Made by a program: the position numbers and the translations under genes. Shown here piece by piece: positions 36,027-48,981 of a DNA stretch of 64,000 bases. Every line of letters starts with the position of its first letter. The stretch's first letter is position 1. The notes under the pieces are model-generated. The model did no database searches, had not been told where the DNA came from, and worked only from the letters and a program-made list of their open reading frames with translations. Location: assembly GCF_044704955.1 (NCBI RefSeq), contig NC_091997.1:64790001-64854000 (forward strand). The letters are read 5' to 3'. This stretch comes from Pristiophorus japonicus. Taxonomy: Eukaryota.

Positions 36027-36705
36027 TAACCCACACCGGGTCCCGCTCACCCATCACTCCCTGTGCTCGCTGCCCCGTGTCCTAACTCACACCGAGTCCT
36101 GCTCACCCATCACCCCCTGTGCTCGCTGCCCCGTGTCCTAACTCGCACCGAGTCCTCCTCACCCATCACCCCCTGTGCTCGCTGCCCGTATCCTAACTCG
36201 CACCCAGTCCCACTCATCCATCACCCCCTGTGCTCGCTGCCCTGTGTCCTAACTTGCACCGAGTCCCGCTCACCCATCACCCCCTGTGCTCGCTAACCTA
36301 CATTGGCTTCCGGTTAAGCAACGCCTCAATTTCAAAATTCTCAACCTTGTTTTCAAATCCCTCCATCGCCTCGCCCCTCCCTATCTCTGTAATCTCCTCC
36401 AGCCCCACAACCCCTGAGATGTCTGCGTTCCTCTAATTCTGCCCCTGAGCATCCCTGATTATAATCGCTCCACCATTGGTGGCCGTGCCTTCAGCTGCCT
36501 GGGTCCCAAGCTCTGGAACTCCCTCCCTAAACCTCTCTACCTCTCTTTACTCCTTAAAACCTACCTCTTTGAACAAGCTTTTGGTCATCTGCCTTAATTC
36601 CTCCTTATGTGGCTCGGTGTCAAATATTTTTGTCTTATAATACTCCTGTAATGTGCCTTGGAGGTTTTACTATGTTAAAGAGGCTATTTAAATACATGTT
36701 GTTGT
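36027..36705 (+). mobile_element. L2 3' fragment whose 5' part is amplified into about five 56-bp tandem copies (36027-36295)
   Basis: Repeated CCTAACTCGCACCGAGTCCCGCTCACCCATCACCCCCTGTGCTCGCTG, followed by CTACATTGGCT..TTCAAATCCCTCCAT L2 sequence. Confidence 0.85.
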
Positions 36706-37279
36706 TTACATACATAGAATTATATCGAGTGTACGTGAGAGAAACAGGCCATTCGGCCCAACTGATCTGTGCTCCACATGAACCCCCTCCCTCCCTCTTC
36801 ATCTCACCCTACCCTTCTATCCCTTTCTCCTGGTGCACTTACCTCGCTTTCCCTTAGTTGGCCCTCTGTGACTGGGTCGAATCTCGGGCTCGGCTTGACT
36901 CTGAATTAGGCCTTAGGCTTGAGACTGATCTGAGAATGCACGTTGATCTTATGCTAAATGATGTGTCACTAAGTAGCAAGACTTATTTTGAAATATGTGT
37001 GAAAATTAAGAGACCTGCACGTATAATTTTTCATGTGTTTAGATTGTCAACCTCCATAAATCTCTGCAATCCTGTCCTCTGCACTGTAATTGGAGAATTG
37101 GGTTACGTTGATCATGAAAACTAATTTATACTCAGCCAAGAGCCCAATGAAACATGTATATTGGAATAAATCTGCGATCAAAACAACTTAATATTGTAAC
37201 TGTCCAGTGTCTGTCCAAGGGGTTTGCACAGAAAAACCGTGTCTGTACTGAAGGGCTTAAAGACCACAATGATTTTGGC

Positions 37280-37710
37280 AGCAACAACATGTATTTATGC
37301 AGTAAAATGTCCCAAAGTGCTTCACAGCAGAAATTATCAAACAAAATTTGACACCGAGCCACATAAGGAGATGTTAGCGCAGCTGACTGAAAGCTGGGTC
37401 AAAGAGGTAGGTTTTAAGGAGTGTCTCACAGGAGGAGAGAGAGACCGAGAGGATTAGGGAGGGAGTTCCAGATTTTAAAGCCCAGGCAGCTGAAGACAGG
37501 GCCGCCAATGGCGGAGCGATGAAAGTTAGATTGCACATGAGGCCAGAATTGGAGGAGCGCAGAGATACGAAGGACTGCAGGGTTAGAGGAGATTACAGAG
37601 ATAGGGAGGAGCGCAGAGGGATTTGAAAACAAGGATGAGAATTTTAAAATCGAGGCGTTGCCAGACCGGGAGCCAATGTGGGTCAGCGAGCACAGGGGAT
37701 GGTGAGTGGA
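37280..37710 (-). mobile_element. L2 LINE 3' fragment
   Basis: Homologous to 30910-31400 (AATTTGACACCGAGCC, GGAGATTACAGAGATAGGGAGG). Confidence 0.8.
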
Positions 37711-38569
37711 TTAATAGAAAATATTTTCTACACTAATTGCACTGTTATGTTGTGAGTACCTGACATGTTGTGAGTCAACACATCTGGAATACTGTGCTCG
37801 CGATGTGAAGTATATCAGCCGCAAATGGACAGAACTCTGATGGCCTTTCACAGGTTCCCGAGTATCCACAGACCCCAGTTTGAAAACTTATGATCTGGAC
37901 ACCAATTCCTTGGCATGACGTAGAATATATCACTGCCAAATCCTCCTCCGGTTTCTGTACCAGGTTTGTTAAACAGCTTTGAGCTTTTTATTTGTGCTCA
38001 AATTAATGGAGAAGGGATTATTTAGAACATTCCTAGCAATAAACAGCAGCGCTACACAAACATATCTGTATCACAAACAGACCACAGAGGTGGCACAGCC
38101 TCATCTCAAACACATTAATATTCTGCTGATGAAAGCCTCCGTACGCTCAGAGGCAGAAATCCACGATTATCCTGTATTGTGAGAAGGGCTGGTGCCTTTC
38201 CACTCCCTGGGAACACATCACCAGATGAGTTGTTGTTCTTGGAAAACCTCGCCTGTCAATCCAGTGCAGTCTCCATCCTGCCGATTGAGGCCGATACACA
38301 ACGACGCCACAAAACACAGAGCCATGTGTTATCCACCCCGCTTACACAATTCGACTGACTTCGGATTAGATGTGAGCTGAGCCACGTTGAGATCCAGCCC
38401 TTGAGCCTTTGCCAGACTGCTCTGTCGTGGAGAGCGCACCCTGCATTTGGATTGCAACACTACCACCAGAGGCAGCCCTCAGTCTGGCAACCCAGCCCTG
38501 GAACATCAACAGCATGCACATGTGTCCGGGGAGCAGGCTTCGCCCCACATCAGTGCTGGCAAACTCAAA

Positions 38570-39443
38570 TACTGTCGGAGGGGCAGTACTGGGGGAGTGC
38601 CGCACTGTCGGAGGGGCAGTACTGGGGGAGTGCCGCACTGTCGGAGGGGCAGTGCTGAGGGAGTGCCGCACTGTCGGAGGGGCAGTACTGAGGGAGTGCC
38701 GCACTGTCGGAGGGGCAGTGCTGAGGGAGTGCCGCACTGTCGGAGGGGCAGTGCTGAGGGAGCGCCGCACTGTCGGAGGGGCAGTGCTGAGGGAGTGCCG
38801 CACTGTCGGAGGGGCAGTGCTGAGGGAGCGCCGCAATGTTAGGGGTGCCGTCTTTCAGATGAGACGTTAAACCGAGGTCCCGTCTGCTCTCTCAGGTGTA
38901 CGCAAAAGATCCCAAGGCAATATTTCGAAGAAGAGCAGGGGAGTTATCCCCGGTGTCCTGGCCAATATTTGTCCCTCAATCAACATAACCAAAAACAGAT
39001 TATCTGGGTCATTATCACATTGCTGTTTGTGGGAGCTTGCTGTGTGCTAATTGGCTGCCACTGTATCCTACATCATCACAGGCGGTCCCTCGTATCGGGA
39101 ACGCCAAAAAGGGACGAGTTCACAGGTGTTTCAGTGAAGGGCCTAATATTCCAGATCCCGAACTACATTCTGAAGGGTGGAAGATTCCTGTGGGTGGATT
39201 TTTTTAACGTGGGGTGACTGTTGCACACCAGCCACCACACGGGCTTGACAGAGCGAGGTCTTGGTCCAGTGGCAAGGGTTAACCAGGACGACTGGAGACC
39301 TGCTCTGCTGCACGGACCGAGTGCGCGAACATATTGTTTCCTACATTACAACAGTGACTACATTTCAAAAAGCACATCATTGGCTGTAAAGCGCTTTGTT
39401 ATGGCCAGTGGTCGTGAAAGGCACTATATAAATCCAAGTCAAT
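38570..39443 (+). mobile_element. SacSINE1/Deu-like SINE with about 8 copies of the 33-bp repeat (38570-38835); split by an RTE-tailed element (39070-39335, minus strand)
   Basis: Repeat followed by GTGCCGTCTTTCAGATGAGACGTTAAACCGAGG...; tail AAGGCACTATATAAATCCAAGTC. Confidence 0.8.
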
Positions 39444-41336
39444 GGGCTCAAGTTTCGGCCTGAGTTGCTCCTATTTTTTTTGAGCAACTAGTTTAGAATG
39501 GAGCATCTTAGAAATTGCAATTCTCAGCATTTAGTTTGCTGCAGTTCTAGTGAGTTAGAATAGTTCCATTTCAGAACAGATTTTTTTTTTCAAAAGGGGA
39601 CGTGTCCAGCCACTTACGCCTGTTTTGCAAGTTTAGGCAGTGAAAACTTACTCCAAACTAAGTTAGAATGGAGTAAGTGTAGATTTTTGTACGCTCAGAA
39701 AAACCTTGGAAATCAGGCATAGGGAACGAGAGATGGGGGACGGAGGGGAGTTTACAAACATTAAGCACTTCACTTTTACAAACAAAGAGCCATCATCAAT
39801 AATAAATGATAAATAAATCAATAAATCAACCAATAAATCAATCCAAAAAAATTTAAAAAATTAAAAATAAAAAAATTATTTAAAAATATCAACAACAAAA
39901 AAATTACGTTTCTACTCACCGACTGCAACACCAGGAGCCCTCCAATAGTGTGCTAGGATGTACCTCCCCACTCCCCCAGTGTGTCTCTCTCTCTATCAGT
40001 GTCTCTCTCTGTTTCTGACAGCGAGGGGTGGGGTGGAGGGGGGAAGAGAGGGGGGTAGAGGGGATGGGGAGATGGGGGAGAGGGGAAGGAGGGGAGAGGA
40101 GGTGGAGGGGAGAGAGGGGAGGGAGGAGAGAGGAGAGGAGAAGGAGGAGAGAGGAGTGGGGAGGGAGAGGGGAGAGGGGAGAGGAGGGGGGGAGAGAAGA
40201 GAGAGGAGGGGGAGAAGAGAGGGGAGGGAGGGGAGAGGAGGAGGGAGGGGAGGGAGGGGGGAGAGGGGAGAGGAGGAGGGAGGGGAGGAAGGGAGGGGAG
40301 GGGAGGGGAGGGAGGGGAGAGGGGAGAGGAGGGGGGAGAGGGGAGGAAGGGAAGAGAGAGGAGGGGGGAGAAGAGAGGGGAGGGAGGGGAGAGGAGGAGG
40401 GAGGGGAGAGGGGAGGGGAGGGAGGGGGGAGAGGGGAGAGAAGGAGGGAGGGGGAGAGGGGAGAGGAGGAGGGAGGTGGGACGGGAGGAAGCCTGAATGG
40501 GCCCTGCCATCGCCGGCCTCCCACAAAGGACTTCAGGCGGGGCACGCCCCCAGCGAGAGGCCGGGCCCCCAGCAAGAGGCCGGGCGGACGGGCCCCCAGC
40601 GAGAGGCCGGGCCCCCAGCGAGAGGCCGGGCGGGCGGGCCCCCAGCGAGAGGCCGGGCGGGCAGGCCCCCAGCGAGAGGCCGGGCCCCCAGCGAGAGGCC
40701 GGGTGGACGGGCCCCCAGCGAGAGGCCGGGCCCCCAGCGAGAGGCCGGGCGGACGGGCCCCCAGCGAGAGGCTGGGCCCCCAGCGAGAGGCCGGGCGGGC
40801 GGGCCCCCAGCGAGAGGCCGGGTGGGCGGGCCCCCAGCGAGAGGCCGGGCGGGCGGGCCCCCAGCGAGAGGCCGGGCCCCCAGCGAGAGGCCGGGCGGGC
40901 AGGCCCCCAGCGAGAGGCCGGGCCCCCAGCGAGAGGCCGGGCGGGCGGGCCCCCAGCGAGAGGCCGGGCCCCCAGCGAGAGGCCGGGTGGTCGGGCCCCC
41001 AGCGAGAGGCCGGGCGGTCGGGCCCCCAGCGAGAGGCCGGGTAGGTGGGCCCTGCCGACGACGAGGTAAGATGTGTCAGGCCACTTGGCCGGGGATAGGG
41101 GCGACGCCCCAGAAACAGGAAGCGCTGGGAGGGCCAGGAGCCACTGCGTACGCGTGTAGCTGCCGGCGCTGTTTTTGGCGCAGGGCTGTAGCTCCGCCCC
41201 CAGCCGCGCCGATCAGGAAACGGGCCGACAGCTATCGGAGAATCGCGAGGTAAGTATTCAGCGCAATTTTTGTTCTACAAATTAGGCGGGCCTCTCCGAT
41301 GTGCGTTGTTCTAGCGGCGGTCTCAAACTTGAGCCC
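39444..41336. mobile_element. Non-autonomous Harbinger-like element (1.9 kb) with an internal polypurine tract (40025-40480) and GC-rich 20/28-bp tandem repeats (40545-41045)
   Basis: TIRs GGGCTCAAGTTT / AAACTTGAGCCC, resembling the TIR at 18132; inserted in a SINE tail; inverted relative at 48982-50015. Confidence 0.82.
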
Positions 41337-41419
41337 TTTGTTTCTTTCTTACATCCTTTACTACTAATACAAGCTTGAGGGCGAGGAAATATTGAAAACA
41401 TCTGGGTAATGATGACACC

Positions 41420-41700
41420 TAGAGTACTGCGCACAGTTATTTAAGGAAGATATTCTTGCCTTCGAGGCAGTGCAACGAAGGTTCACTAGACTGATCCCTC
41501 AGATGAGAGGGTTGTCCTACAAGGAGAGATTGAGTAGATTGGGCCTATTCTCTCTGGAGTTTAGAAGATTGAGAGGTGATCTCATTGAAACATGTAAGAT
41601 TATGAGGGAGATTGACAGGGTAGATGCTGAGAGGTTGTTTCTCCTGGCTGGAGAGTCGAGAACGAGGGGCCACAGTCTCAGGATAAGTGGCCGGCCTATT
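41420..41700 (+). mobile_element. CR1 3' fragment, host of the second Gypsy element
   Basis: ORF 41470: QRRFTRLIP..SLEFRRLRGDL..RTRGHSLRI. Confidence 0.85.
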
Positions 41701-44700
41701 TGTTGTGTATCTGTAAAGCATGCACTCCCATGTTCCGCCACCAGGGAGCGCATCCCCTGAAGTCCCAAGGGATCCCAGCATCCCTTGGGAGCACTGTATA
41801 TAAGCCGACCCCTAAGGCCTGTTCCTCACTCTGGAGTGTCTTATTAAAGACTGAGGTCACTGTTACTTTAACCTCCCTGTGTGCAGCCTCATCTGTGTTA
41901 CGAACACAATAACTGGTAACGAGAATACGAATCCAATGCAAAGATGCAGCAAACTGGGCATCCTGGAGAAGTTCTCGGAGGGTGAGGACTGGGAAGCCTA
42001 TGTCGACCGGCTAGACCAGTACTTTGTAGCCAACGAGCTGGACGGAGAAGGAAGTGCTGCAAAAAGGAGAGCGGTCCTCCTCACAGTCTGCGGGGCACCG
42101 ACCTACAGCCTCATGAAGAATCTTCTGGCTCCGGTGAAACCCACAGATAAGTCTTATGAGGAGCTGTGTACACTGATTCGGGAGCATCTTAACCCGAGGG
42201 AGAGCGTGCTGATGGCGAGGTATCGGTTCTACACGTGCCAGCGATCTGAAGGTCAGGAAGTGGCGAGCTACGTCGCCGAACTAAGGCAACTTGCAGGACA
42301 ATGTGAGTTTGATGGCTACCTGGAGCAAATGCTCAGAGACTTTTTTGTACTGGGCATTGGCCACGAGACCATCCTACGAAAACTTTTGACTGCAGAGACA
42401 CTGACTCTCAGTAAGGCGATAGCACAGGTGTTTATGTCCACCAGTGATAACACCAAACAAAGCTCTCAGCACACAAGTGCTAGCAATGTTCATAAATTAA
42501 CTGGAACTGTGTTTGCGAGCAGAAATGTACAGGGCAGAAACCACGAGTTTGCAACTGCCAGCAGGCCTCAGGTGACCCAGCTGACTCAGAATCCGCAACA
42601 AAGGATGAATGCAAGGCAATTCACATCTTGTTGGCATTGTGGAGGCTTCCATTCAGCCTATTCATGCTGCTTCAAAGGGTATGTTTGCAAGAGCTGTGGA
42701 ACAATGGGGCACCTCCAACGAGCTTGCAGACGAGCTCCAAGCTCTGCAAAACCTGCTAACCACCACGTGGCAGAGGAAGATCGGTCCATGGTGGATCAAA
42801 GCAATTTTGAGCCTCAGAGAGCGGAGGCAGATGCTGAAGTACACGGGGTGCACAAATTTTTGACTAAATGTCCACCTATAATGCTAAATGTAAAATTGAA
42901 TGGCTTACCCATAGCCATGGAACTGGACACTGGCGCTAGCCAATCTATCATGAGTAAAAAGATGTTTGAGAGACTGTGGTGCAACCAGGCATTCAGACCA
43001 GCCCTGAGCCCCATCCACACGAAACTGAGAACATACACCAAAGAGCTCATCACTGTCCTGGGCAGCGCCATGGTCAAGGTCACCTACAAGGGCACGGTGC
43101 ACGAACTGCCACTCTGGATTGTCCCGGGCGATGGCCCCACACTGCTTGAAAGGAGTTGGCTGGGCAAAATCCGCTGGAACTGGGATGACATCGAGTGCTA
43201 TCACATGTCGATGAGGCCTCATGTACCCAGGTTCTTAACAAATTTCCTTCCCTTTTTGAGCCAGGCATTGGAAACTTTTCCGGGGTAAAGGTGCGGAACC
43301 ACTTGTTCCCAGAGGCACGACCCATTCACCACAAAGCGCGAGCGGTACCTCACATGATGAGGGAGAGAGTGGAAATCGAGCTTGACAGGCTGCAACACGA
43401 GGGCATCATCTCCCCAGTGGAATTCAGCGAGTGGGCCAGCCCGATTGTTCCAGTACTCAAAAGTGATGGCATGGTCAGGATTTGCAGCGATTATAAAGTA
43501 ACTATTAATCGTTTCTCGCTACCAATACCCGCTACCTAAGGCAGACAACCTATTTGCAATGCTAGCAGGAGGCAAGACGTTCACCAATCTCGACCTGACT
43601 TCGGCCTACATGACGCAGGAGCTGGAGGAGTCTTCGAAGGGCCCCACCTGCATCAACACGCACAAGGGACTGTTCATCTACAACAGATGCCCGTTTGGAA
43701 TTCGGTCGGCTGCAGCAATCTTCCAGAGAAACATGGAGAGCCTACTCAAGTTGGTACCACACACGGTGGTCTTGCAGGATGACATATTGGTCACGGGACG
43801 CCACACAGACGCCAAGACAGAGGCTATCAGGAACATACGCACACCACAGAACGTCACAGAGCTGCGGTCGTTCCTGGGACTCCTCAACTATTTTGGTAAC
43901 TTCCTACCGGGGTTAATCACCCTCTTAGAGCCCCTACATGTGTTATTGCACAAAGGTGAGAACTGGGTATGGGGAAAAAAAACAAGTAATAGCTTTTGAG
44001 AAAGCCAGAAACATTTTATGCTCCAACAAGCTGCTTGTATTGTATAACCCGTGTAAAAGACTTGTGCTAGCATGTGATGCGTTGTTGTACGGAGTCGGGT
44101 GTGTATTACAACAAGCTAACGTTGCGGGGAAGTTGCAACCTGTCGCCTATGCCTCCAGGAGCTTGTATAAGGCCGAGAGGGCCAACAGCATGATTGAGAA
44201 AGAGGCATTAGCGTGTGTGTTCGGGGTAAAGAAAATGCATCAGTACCTGTTTGGCCTCAAATTTGAGCTGGAAACCGATCACAAGCCCCTCACATCCCTG
44301 TTCACTGAAAAACAAGGGGATAAATACTAATGCCTCAGCCCTCATACAAAGGTGGGCACTCGCACTATCAGCGTATAACTATACCATCCGCCACAGGCCA
44401 GGCACCGAGAACTATGCGGATGCTCTCAGTCGGCTACCATTGCCCACCACAGGGGTGGAAATGGCGCAGCCTGCAAACTTGTTGATGGTGGCGCAGTCCG
44501 CAGACTTGTTGATGGTCATGGAAGTGTTTGAAAATGATAAATCACCTGTCACGGCCCGCCAGATTAGGACTTGGACCAGCCAAGATCCTCTGCTGTCCCA
44601 AGTAAAAAACTGTATACTGCATGGGAACTGGGCCAGCATCCCCGTTGAAATGCAAGAGCTAATCAAGCCGTTCCAGCGGCAAAAGGACGAGCTGACCATT

Positions 44701-46155
44701 CAGGCAAACTGCCTGTTGTGGGGTAACCGTGTAGTGCTACCCAAAAAAGGCAGGGAGACGTTCATCTCGGATCTCCACAGCACACACCCGGGTATAGTAA
44801 TGATGAAAGCGATAGCCAGATCCCACGTGTGGTGGCCCGGTATCGACTCTGACTCAGAGTCCTGTGTACGGCAATGCAGCGTATGTGCTCAGTTGAGCAA
44901 CGCGCCCAGAGAGGCACCACTAAGTTTGTGGTCCTGGCCCTCCAGACCATGGTCAAGGATCCATGTCGACTATGCGGGCCCGTTTCTCGGTAAAATGTTC
45001 CTGGTGGTGGTGAATGCTTTTTCAAAATGGATTGAATGTGAAGTAATGTCGGGAAGCACCGCCACCGCCACCATTGAAAGCCTGAGGGCCATGTTTGCCA
45101 CCCACAGCCTGCCTGACATACTGGTCAGTGACAACGGGCCATGTTTCACCAGTGCTGAATTTAAAGACTTCATGACCCGCAATGGGATCAAACATGTCAC
45201 CTCGGCCCCGTTTAAACCAGCCTCCAATGGGCAGGCAGATCGGGCAGTACAAACAATCAAACAGAGTCTTAACGGAGTCACAGAAGGCTCACTCCAAACC
45301 TGCCTGTCCCGAGTACTGCTCAGCTACCGCACGAGACCCCACTCGCTCACAGGGGTGCCCCCGGCTGAGCTACTCATGAAAAGGACACTTAAAACCAGAC
45401 TCTCGCTGGTTCACCCCAACCTGCATGATCAGGTAGAGAGCAGGCGGCAGCAACAAAATGTAAACAATGGTCGCGCCACTGTGTCACGGGCAATTGATCT
45501 GAATGACCCTATGTATGTGCTAAACTATGGACATGGTCCCAAGTGGATCGCGGGCACGATGATAGCTAAAGAAGGGAGTAGGGTGTTTGTAGTCAAACTA
45601 GACAATGGACAAATTTGCAGAAAGCACCTGGACCAAACCAGACTGAGGTTCACAGACTGCCCTGAACAACCCACAGCAGACACCATCTTTTTCGAGCCCA
45701 CAACACACACCCAAAGGATCAACGACATCACGCTGGACCAGGAAATTGAAGCCATCACGCCCAACAGCCCAGCAAGGCCAGGCTCACCCAGCAGCCCTGC
45801 AGGGCCAACAACACGTCAGCCCAGCGAGGACACAGCCAACACATCAGAACAGACATTTGTACCGAGGTGGTCCACCAGGGAAAGAAAGGCTCCCGACTGC
45901 CTCACCTTGTAAATAGTTTTCACTTTGACTTTGGGGGGAGGTGATGTTGTGTATCTGTAAAGCATGTACTCCCATGTTCTGCCACCAGGGAGAGCATCCC
46001 CTGAAGTCCCAAGGGATCCCAGCATCCCTTGGGAGTACTGCATATAAGCCGGCCCCTAAGGCCTGTTCCTCACTCTGGAGTGTCTTAATAAAGACTGAGG
46101 TCACTGTTACTTTAACCTTCCTGTGTGCAGTCTCATCTGTGTTAGGAACACAATA
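41701..46155 (+). mobile_element. Second full-length Gypsy (Mag-like) LTR retrotransposon, different LTR family, decayed
   Basis: 211-bp LTRs at 41701-41911 and 45945-46155 with TG...TA ends; perfect TSD CTATT (41696-41700, 46156-46160); PBS variant TGGTAACGAG; PPT TTGGGGGGAGGTGA. Confidence 0.96.
41936..45912 (+). pseudogene. Gypsy gag-pol, frameshifted, with an in-frame deletion in RT near 43800
   Basis: CWHCGGFHSAYSC and CKSCGTMGHLQRAC; LDTGAS; LQDDILV; ACDA..TDHKPL; integrase HHCC and DDE motifs in ORF 44251-45912. Confidence 0.95.
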
Positions 46156-46267
46156 CTATTAAATATAGAAACATAGAAATTTACAGCACAGAAGGAGGCC
46201 ATTTTGGCCCATCGTGTCCGTGCTGGTCGATAAAGAGCTGCATGGCCCTTGGTCAGCAACCCTCAAA

Positions 46268-47000
46268 GTTACAGCGGGACCTGGGGATACTTGTGCATGA
46301 AACACAAAAGGTTAGTATGCAGGTACAGCAAGTGATCAGGAAGGCTAATGGTATCTTGGCCTTTATTGCAAAGGGGATGGAGTGTAAAAGCAGGGAAGTC
46401 TTGCTACAGCTATGTAAGATATTGGTGAGGCCACACCTGGAATACTGCGTGCAGTTTTGGTTTCCATATTTATGAAAGGATATATTTGCTATGGAGGCAG
46501 TTCAGAGAAGGTTCACTCAGTTGATTCCGGGGATAAGGGGGTTGACTTATGAGGAAAGGTTGAGTAGGTTGGGCCTCTACTCATTGGAATTCAGAAGAAT
46601 GAGAGGTGATCTTATCGAAAAGTATAAGATTATGAGGGGGCTTGACAAGGTGGATGCAGAGAGGATGTTTCCACTGATGGGGGAGACTAGAACTTGAGGG
46701 TATGATCTTAGAATAAGGGGCCGCCCATTTAAAACTGAGATGAGGAAAAATTTCTTCTCTCGGAGGCTTGTGGACCTGTGGAATTCGCTGCCTCAGAGAA
46801 CTGTGGAAGCTGGGACATTGAATAAATTTAAGACAGAACTAGACAGTTTCTTAAACGATAAGGGGTTAAGGGGTTATGGGGAGCGGGCAGGGAAGTGGAG
46901 CTGAGTCCATGACCAGATCAGCCATGATCTTATTGAATGGTGGAGCAGGCTCGAGGGGCCGTATGGCCTACTCCTGTTCCTATTTCTTATCTTCTTATGT
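46268..47000 (+). mobile_element. CR1 3' fragment inserted into the 3' UTR of an oppositely oriented CR1
   Basis: ORFs 46242-46475 and 46491-46697; tail TTCTTATGTT. Confidence 0.88.
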
Positions 47001-48981
47001 TACATATAACCCTATTAACAATGACGGAAAGGCAACGAGCACCCAGCCCAACCAGTCCTCAACTGCGACATCCCTTATACTGAAACATTCTACACTCCAC
47101 CCCAACCAGAGCCATGTGATCTCCTGGGAGAGGCAAAAACCAGATAAAAACCCAGGCCAATTTAGGGAGAAAAAATCTGGGAAAATTCCTCTCCGACCCA
47201 GCCAGGTGATTGAAACTAGTCCAGGAGATCACCCTGGCCGTATTCTATTCCCTGCAGTACTTACCATTATATCTGCACCATCCAACAAAAGGTCATGCAG
47301 TCTAATCCCAATGACCAGCTCTAGGTCTGTAACCCTGCAGGTTACGGCACTTTAAGTGCCCATCCAACCATCTCTTAAAAGTGGTGAGGGTTTCTGCATC
47401 CACCACTCTTCCAGGCAGCGAGTTCCAGATCCCCACAATCCTCTGCGTAAAGAAGCCCCCCCCTCAAATCACCCTCTAAACCTTCCACCACCCACCTTAA
47501 AACTATACACCCTCGTAATAGACCCCTCTACCAATGGAAATAGACCCTTACTATCCACTATGTCCAGGCCCCTCAATATTTTGTATACCTCGATGAGGTC
47601 TCCTCTCAACCTCCTCTGTTCCAATGAGAACAAACCTAGCCTATCCAATCTGTCCTCATAACTAAGATTCTCCATTCCAGGCAGCATTCTAGTAAATCTC
47701 CTCTGCACCGTCTCGAGTGCAATCACATCCTTCCTATAATACGGCGACCAGAACTGCACGCAGTACTCCAGCTGTGGCCTAACCAAAGTATTATACAATT
47801 TAAGCATAATCTCCCAGCTCTTATATTCTATGCCTCGGCCAATAAAGGCAAGCATTCCGTATGCCTTCTTAACCACCTTATCCACCTGGTCTGCTACTTT
47901 CAGGGATCTGTGGACAAGCACTCCAAGGTCCCTTTGTTCATCGACACTGTTAAGTGGCCTACAGCTTAATGTGTATACCCTTTCCTTATTAGCCCTCCCA
48001 AAGTGCATTACCTCACACTTCTCTGAATTAAATTCCATTTGCCACTGTTCTGCCCACCTGACCAGTAGATTGATATCCTCCTGCAGCCCATGACTTTCCT
48101 CTTCATTATCAACTACACAGCCAATTTTAGTGTCATCTGCAAACTTCTTAATCATACTCCCTATATTCAAATCTAAATCGTTGATATATACCACAAAAAG
48201 CAAGGGACCCAGTACTGAGCCCTGTGGAACCCCACTGGAAACATCCTTCCAGTCACAAAAACATCCATCAATCATTACCCTTTGCTTCCTACCTCCAAGC
48301 CAATTTTGGATCCAGCTTGCCACTTTGCCCTGGATCCCATGGGCTTTAACCTTCATGACCAATCTACCATGTGGGACCTTATCAAAAGCCTTGCTAAAGT
48401 CCATATATATTACATCGTACGCACTACCCTCATTGACCTTCTTGGTTACCTCCTCAAAAAATTCAATCAGGTTAGTCAAACACGATCTTCTCTTACCTAA
48501 TCCGTGCTGACTGTCCCTAATTAATCCTTGCCTTTCCAAATGCAGATTTATCCTGTCTTTCAGGATTTTTTCCAATAATTTTCCCACCACTGAGGTTAGG
48601 CTGACAGGCCTGTAATTACTCGGCCTATCCCTTTCTCCCTTCTTAAACAAGGGTACTACATTAGCAGTCCTCCAATCCTCCGGCCCCATGCCCAGATCCA
48701 AAGAGGACTGGAAAATGATGGTCAAGGCCTATGCTGTTTCCTCTTTTACTTCGCTCAACAGCCTGGGATGCATTTCATCCACACCTGGGGATGTATCTAC
48801 TTTCAAAGCTGCTAAACCCCTTAATACTTCCTCTCTCACTATATTTATCTCATCCAGAATATCACATTCCTCCTCGATAGCAGTATCTGCATTGCCCCTT
48901 TCTTTTATGAAAACAGCTGCAAATCTAAATCGTTAAGAACCCGACCAATATCTTCCACCTCCACACAAAGATTACCCTCAT

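Noticed and set aside
39916-41253. Collagen-like or Pro/Gly/Arg-rich ORFs of up to 431 aa
   Set aside because: Translations of a polypurine tract and GC-rich tandem repeats inside a non-autonomous transposon.
47469-48725. Intact 418-aa reverse transcriptase gene
   Set aside because: It is part of a truncated CR1 that is interrupted by other elements and frameshifted at both ends.
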